Assembly (NCBI GenBank): GCA_963706955.1
Contig: CAVPOC010000008.1
Coordinates: 192,001-256,000 of the forward strand
Direction of reading: 5' to 3'
DNA length: 64,000 bases
Source of the DNA: an uncultured Verrucomicrobiae bacterium
GTDB lineage: Bacteria > Verrucomicrobiota > Verrucomicrobiia > Chthoniobacterales > Terrimicrobiaceae
Part shown: piece after piece, positions 59,516-64,000 of the stretch
Position numbering within the stretch: the stretch's first letter is position 1
Layout: each line of letters starts with the position of its first letter
Translations under genes and position numbers: made by a program
Notes under the pieces: generated by a model
The model's input: only the letters and a program-made list of their open reading frames with translations
Told to the model about the DNA's origin: nothing
The model's database searches: none

Positions 59516-60448
59516 ATGGATTGGCTTAGAAACAACTACGACAAGGCCATTCTGGCCGCGGCTTGCCTGCTCCTCCTAGTGTGTTGCGCCTTGATCATTG
59601 TCCGCGCCCGGACGTTCCCGGAGCGATTCGCCGGCCGGGACAGCTCTCAGCCGATCGACAACACCATCAAAGCGCTTCCTGCCGACGCTATAAAGATCGC
59701 CCTTAACAAGGGCAAATCGCCGCAAAATTGGATGGGTCACGACGGCTCGCTACTGGTCTCCCGTCCTTACGTTCTGATGGATGGTGCACTGATTGATCCT
59801 CTCGAAGGAAACAAGAACCTCCATGAGCCGATCAAGAACTCCTGGCTCATTAAATACGACCTACCCTACTGGGAAAGTGACATCAAGGAACAAGACACCG
59901 ACACCGATGGCTTCAGCAACCTCGAGGAATATCTGGCCGGTTCCGATCCGCGCGATAAGAACTCAATTCCGCCTTTCTATACGAAGCTGCGCCTTCTGCG
60001 CTTCATCTCGAAACCCTTCCGCCTCATCTTTACCGGCACGCCCGATGACGGACACACCTTTACCATCAATACCAAAGACCGCGGCACCAGAACCCAGTTT
60101 CTGGAGCTTGGCGAGATGATCAGAGGAACTTCATATAAGGTGGTCTCATACGAGAAAAAGACCGAGCGGAGGAATGAAACCGATTTCGACGCCTCCACTT
60201 TGACAATCGAGAATGAGCAGACCGGTCAAAAGATCGTCCTAGTGGCCAACAAAGAGGCCAATGATCCCACCTCCTTCGGCGAGTTTCTCTACGTCTACGA
60301 CAATTCGAAGATCATGGTCAAAAAGGACGATGAATTTTCTCTGCCGCCCGAGCTGGAGAGAAAGTACAAACTCATTGACATTTCAGAGAAGGAAGCCGTA
60401 ATACAAGATCAGAAAACGCGGGAGCAGCATAAGGTTCCTCCCGCTTAA
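59516..60448 (+). CDS. Amuc_1099-like protein with DxDxDG calcium-binding-like motif
   Basis: MDWLRNNYDK plus TM helix; WLIKYDL...DTDTDGFSNLEEYLAGSDP. Confidence 0.7.
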   Translation: MDWLRNNYDKAILAAACLLLLVCCALIIVRARTFPERFAGRDSSQPIDNTIKALPADAIKIALNKGKSPQNWMGHDGSLLVSRPYVLMDGALIDPLEGNKNLHEPIKNSWLIKYDLPYWESDIKEQDTDTDGFSNLEEYLAGSDPRDKNSIPPFYTKLRLLRFISKPFRLIFTGTPDDGHTFTINTKDRGTRTQFLELGEMIRGTSYKVVSYEKKTERRNETDFDASTLTIENEQTGQKIVLVANKEANDPTSFGEFLYVYDNSKIMVKKDDEFSLPPELERKYKLIDISEKEAVIQDQKTREQHKVPPA

Positions 60449-60575
60449 ATTTTGAGTGAGAGCCGCTGCCTAAGGTCTGAAGATGCGTGTCCGTCCGTGC
60501 GCATCTATTACCAGATTGGGGGAACATCTCCTCCCTGAACACCCCCGGAAACATTATCGCCCCTCTGCCTTAACG

Positions 60576-63098
60576 ATGAAGTCGCCACTCCTGACCGCAA
60601 TGATCGCCGCTTCCGTGGCGGTCGGCGTGAGCGCAAGCCTCGGCCAAGAGGGCCGCGTCGAGGGCGTGGCCGAACGTGAGATCCGCCGGCAGGAAAGCAT
60701 GGCCGGTTATGCTGAAAAGGCTATAAACAAAGGCACCGAGGCGATGATGAACCAGGATTACGAAAGCGCGTTCTCCTATTTCAAAAGTGCGGTCGACGTG
60801 CTGCCGAGCGGCGGCACCGCAGCACTCACCGTTCGTGAAACGGCTCTCGATGGCTTCTGCCGGGCCGCCGTGACGCTCACCGAGCAACGTATTTCCGAAG
60901 GTAGGTATCAAGACGCCACCACGACAATCAGTGTCATTCTCGAGGAACGCTACGCACCCGACTACGGTCCCGCGCTCGCCCTGCAGCGCAAGCTGAGGGA
61001 TCCTGATCGGTTCAATCGGGGATACACTCCCGGCTTCATTGCCAATGTCGAAGAGGTTAAGCAATTGCTCCTTGAAGCCGACGGCTTCTACGGCTCCGGC
61101 CGGTTCGACCTGGCGTTCAAACGGTACGAGCAGGTCCTCAACATCGACAAGTATAACATCGCCGCGCGCCGCGGTATGGAACGGGTCAATCTTGCCCGAC
61201 AGAGGTATGCGACCACCGCCTACAACGAGGCCCGTGGCGATATGCTTACCCAGGTGGACAAGAGCTGGGAGCTTCCCGTGCGCCGCTTCGAAGTGGGCGC
61301 CTCGACAATTATTGAACAGCCGCAGATCGACACGCGCGGAACCTCCCTGATCAATCGCAAACTCGATGAGATCATTGTTCCGCGGGTTGACTTTCGCGAT
61401 GCGACCATCCGCGAGGCCTTGGACTTTCTCAAACAGCGTTCCGTGGCGCTCGACACTACAGATCTGGATCCTACACGCCGGGGGATCAACGTCGTTCTGA
61501 AGGTGCCGGCAGACTCGCCGGAGGCTGACGCCCGAATTACTCTTTCCTTGAATGACATCCCGCTTCGCGCAGCGATCGACTACGTGGCCAAGGCCGCCAA
61601 CCTCAAACTCAAGATCGAACCGTATGCGGTCGCGGTCGTGCCGCAGTCGGAGCCGACCGATATCCTGATCACCAAAGAATACAAGGTCCCTCCCGGATTT
61701 ATCACCTCGTTGCCAGCTACGGGCCAGCCGCCTTTGCCAGGACCAGGCAGCGACACGATTGCTCCTGGCTCGCAACCCGCCATTCAGGCCCGCTCGGGTG
61801 CCAGGGAGTTTCTCGAGGCCCAAGGGGTCACCTTTCCGCCCGGTGCGAGCGCCAATTTCATTGCCAGCACCAGCCGGCTGATCATCAAGAATACTCAGGC
61901 CAACCTCGACCTTATTGACACTTTGGTCGAAACGCAGATGACAGCGCCACCGAGCCAGGTGGAGATCGAATCCAAGTTCCTTGAGGTGACGCAAAACAAT
62001 CTCAAGGAAATGGGCTTTGACTGGCTACTCGGACAATTTGCACTGCCATTCGGCTCGGGCCTCAAATATGGCGGAGGCGGCACCCAGGGCTTCGGGCAAA
62101 CCATCAATGCCAACTCGTTTCCGCTCCTAAATCCGGGTTCGACGACCGTTCCGATTGGTGCGAGCAGCGCCACCTCGGGTCCAATCACCGGGGGGAATCG
62201 CTCAGGTACCACTGCGATATCGGTGAATGCCGTCGATAGCCTGTTGTTCGCAACTCCTTTCGGCCCGGCGCCGGCACTTCTCTCGGTGGCTGGAATTTTT
62301 ACCAACCCTCAGTTTCAAGTCGTTCTCCGGGCATTGAACCAGCAAAAAGGGGTGGATCTGGTCAGCGCTCCGAAGGTCACTACCAAGAGCGGCCAGCGGG
62401 CCACCATTCAGATCGTTCGTGAATTCCGCTATCCGACCGAGTACGACCTGCCTCAGGTCACTCAGACGCCGGGATCCATCTATACGCCGGCGACACCCAC
62501 CACGCCCACGTCGTTCGAAACGAAGCCTGTCGGCATCACCCTGGAGGTTGAACCTACCGTCGGACCCGATGGCTATACCATCGATCTGATCCTTTCTCCA
62601 CGCGTGGTCGAGTTTGATGGGTTTATCAACTACGGCAGCCCGATCAACACGGTGGTGACTGTGGTCCCCGGCGTCTTCATTGATCCCATCACGGGCATCA
62701 CTCAGAGCATTTTGCCCGCAAGCGCTAATTTTGAGGTGACCCAAAACATCATCAACAAGCCAGTTTTCTCCACCCGGGAAGTCACCACGGAAGTCACCGT
62801 ATATGACGGCCAAACCGTAGTGATTGGCGGGCTGATCAGCGAGAACATTCAGAAGGTAGAAGATAAGGTCCCGATATTGGGGGATATTCCCCTCGCGGGC
62901 AGGCTCTTTCGCACGACGGCCGACCAGCATATCAAGCGAAATCTTATCATGTTCGTCACCGCCAGCCTCCTTGACCCTGCTGGCCAACCACTGATCAAGT
63001 TTGATGAAGAGGCGGAGATTTTGCCCGAACCGAGCGCCTCTGCCGTGGAACAGGAAATCATTCCCGGCGACGCGATGACCATTCCGCAACCGCAATAG
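60576..63098 (+). CDS. Secretin (Amuc_1098/PilQ/GspD-like) with N-terminal TPR region
   Basis: Signal peptide, TPR-like helices, QVEIESKFLEV, SAPKVTTKSGQ.A, GITLEVEP, DGQTVVIGGL, KVPILGDIPL.GRLF, LIMFVT. Confidence 0.9.
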   Translation: MKSPLLTAMIAASVAVGVSASLGQEGRVEGVAEREIRRQESMAGYAEKAINKGTEAMMNQDYESAFSYFKSAVDVLPSGGTAALTVRETALDGFCRAAVTLTEQRISEGRYQDATTTISVILEERYAPDYGPALALQRKLRDPDRFNRGYTPGFIANVEEVKQLLLEADGFYGSGRFDLAFKRYEQVLNIDKYNIAARRGMERVNLARQRYATTAYNEARGDMLTQVDKSWELPVRRFEVGASTIIEQPQIDTRGTSLINRKLDEIIVPRVDFRDATIREALDFLKQRSVALDTTDLDPTRRGINVVLKVPADSPEADARITLSLNDIPLRAAIDYVAKAANLKLKIEPYAVAVVPQSEPTDILITKEYKVPPGFITSLPATGQPPLPGPGSDTIAPGSQPAIQARSGAREFLEAQGVTFPPGASANFIASTSRLIIKNTQANLDLIDTLVETQMTAPPSQVEIESKFLEVTQNNLKEMGFDWLLGQFALPFGSGLKYGGGGTQGFGQTINANSFPLLNPGSTTVPIGASSATSGPITGGNRSGTTAISVNAVDSLLFATPFGPAPALLSVAGIFTNPQFQVVLRALNQQKGVDLVSAPKVTTKSGQRATIQIVREFRYPTEYDLPQVTQTPGSIYTPATPTTPTSFETKPVGITLEVEPTVGPDGYTIDLILSPRVVEFDGFINYGSPINTVVTVVPGVFIDPITGITQSILPASANFEVTQNIINKPVFSTREVTTEVTVYDGQTVVIGGLISENIQKVEDKVPILGDIPLAGRLFRTTADQHIKRNLIMFVTASLLDPAGQPLIKFDEEAEILPEPSASAVEQEIIPGDAMTIPQPQ

Positions 63099-63108
63099 CT
63101 CCCGGAAC

Positions 63109-64000
63109 ATGAAACTTCCCTTGGCTGCCATCATAATGCGCGTCGGCCTCGCTGCCACGGCAACCGTAATCTGCCTGGAGACTCAGACTCCCTCACTCGC
63201 TCAAAATCTGGAGGACGTTGCCGAAAGAGAGATCGTTCGTCGGCAAGAAGATTTGGTGGTTGCAGACAGACTGATTATATCCGGCGATAGAGCCCGGGCG
63301 GAGAAGGATTACGAGACCGCCTACGTCAACTATCTCGATGCGCTCGAAAAAATCCCGGCCGGGATCGCTTCCGATAATCTGCGCTCTTCCACCCTCTCGA
63401 AGTTTATCAAGACTGCCCTGCGCTATGCAGAGCAACTTATTGAGGATGGTCGCTACAGCGACGCGGAGAAGGTCGCCAAGACTATTCTGCTTCCCGACTA
63501 CGATCCATCGAACAAAGCGGCTATTCGATTGCTCGCCAACCTCGAGCAGCCCGATTACTACAACAAGACCGTTACGCCGGACTTCGCCGAGGATCGCGAG
63601 GAGGTCACCAAACTTCTCCACGAGGCTGACGAATTTTATCAAGTCGGGCGCTTCGATCTTGCGACCAAGCGCTACGAACAAGTTCTCAATATCGACCGGT
63701 ACAATATCGCCGCCCGCAAGGGCATGGAACAAGTCAGTCTCGCCAAAGCAAAATATTATGGAGCGGCTTACAATGAGACGCGCAGCCGTTTACTTTGGCT
63801 GGTAGATAAATCCTGGGAGCGTCCGGTCCATCGCTTTCAGCGCGGCCGCACCACAACCACGGATATTCAGGCCCGTGGAGGAGTTCGGGGGACCGAAGCC
63901 ACCATGGCCAAGCTCAACCGGATCATCATCCCGCGAATCGACTTGCGGGATACCACCGTGCGTGAAGCTGTTGAATTTCTCAAACAGCGCAGCCGAGAAC
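63109..64000 (+). CDS. Second Amuc_1098-like secretin paralog (5' part; truncated by the window edge)
   Basis: Hand-translated open frame MKLPLAAII...VAEREIVRRQE...GRFDLATKRYEQVLNIDRYNIAARKGME...KLNRIIIPRIDLRDTTVREAVEFLKQRS, collinear with the preceding secretin. Confidence 0.85.
   Translation, partial: MKLPLAAIIMRVGLAATATVICLETQTPSLAQNLEDVAEREIVRRQEDLVVADRLIISGDRARAEKDYETAYVNYLDALEKIPAGIASDNLRSSTLSKFIKTALRYAEQLIEDGRYSDAEKVAKTILLPDYDPSNKAAIRLLANLEQPDYYNKTVTPDFAEDREEVTKLLHEADEFYQVGRFDLATKRYEQVLNIDRYNIAARKGMEQVSLAKAKYYGAAYNETRSRLLWLVDKSWERPVHRFQRGRTTTTDIQARGGVRGTEATMAKLNRIIIPRIDLRDTTVREAVEFLKQRSRE

Noticed and set aside
60570..63158. Long minus-strand ORFs (474 aa and 318 aa)
   Set aside because: Antisense shadows of the secretin gene, as expected in GC-rich coding DNA.

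Overview
Gene-dense, GC-rich bacterial chromosome segment, very likely from a Verrucomicrobiota genome. Evidence for this is the PVC-type small basic protein and an Amuc_1102-1098-like pilus/secretin cluster. Most of 11-64 kb is housekeeping: potCDB, pyk, rsmD, waaA, gatB, aroC, tRNA-Arg(CCT), an RluB-like synthase, an Fe-S mini-operon, psd/pssA, hppA, argF/argD, arfB, purC, xerD, accA, ispH, mazG, yebC, rho, trpD, aroD and the pilus cluster with two tandem secretins. The first ~11 kb is accessory and holds the most unusual material. (i) Two tandem 361-aa double-AhpD/CMD-fold proteins keep CxxC but lack the peroxidase His/Glu; one is translationally coupled to a membrane adenylate cyclase with no sensor domain, and the other is followed by a decayed relic of the cyclase start. 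(ii) A 57-aa ORF missed by the ORF track has a clear double-glycine leader and lies divergent from a PepSY-RR-HK operon. Non-coding elements include a GTAG-type REP/REPIN family with compensatory stem changes at five convergent junctions, a ~300-bp CTAG-flanked MITE-like element overlapping the xerD stop codon, and a cluster of degenerate ~90-bp palindromic repeats next to the tRNA. All calls come from reading motifs by eye; no database searches were run, and several start codons are best guesses.
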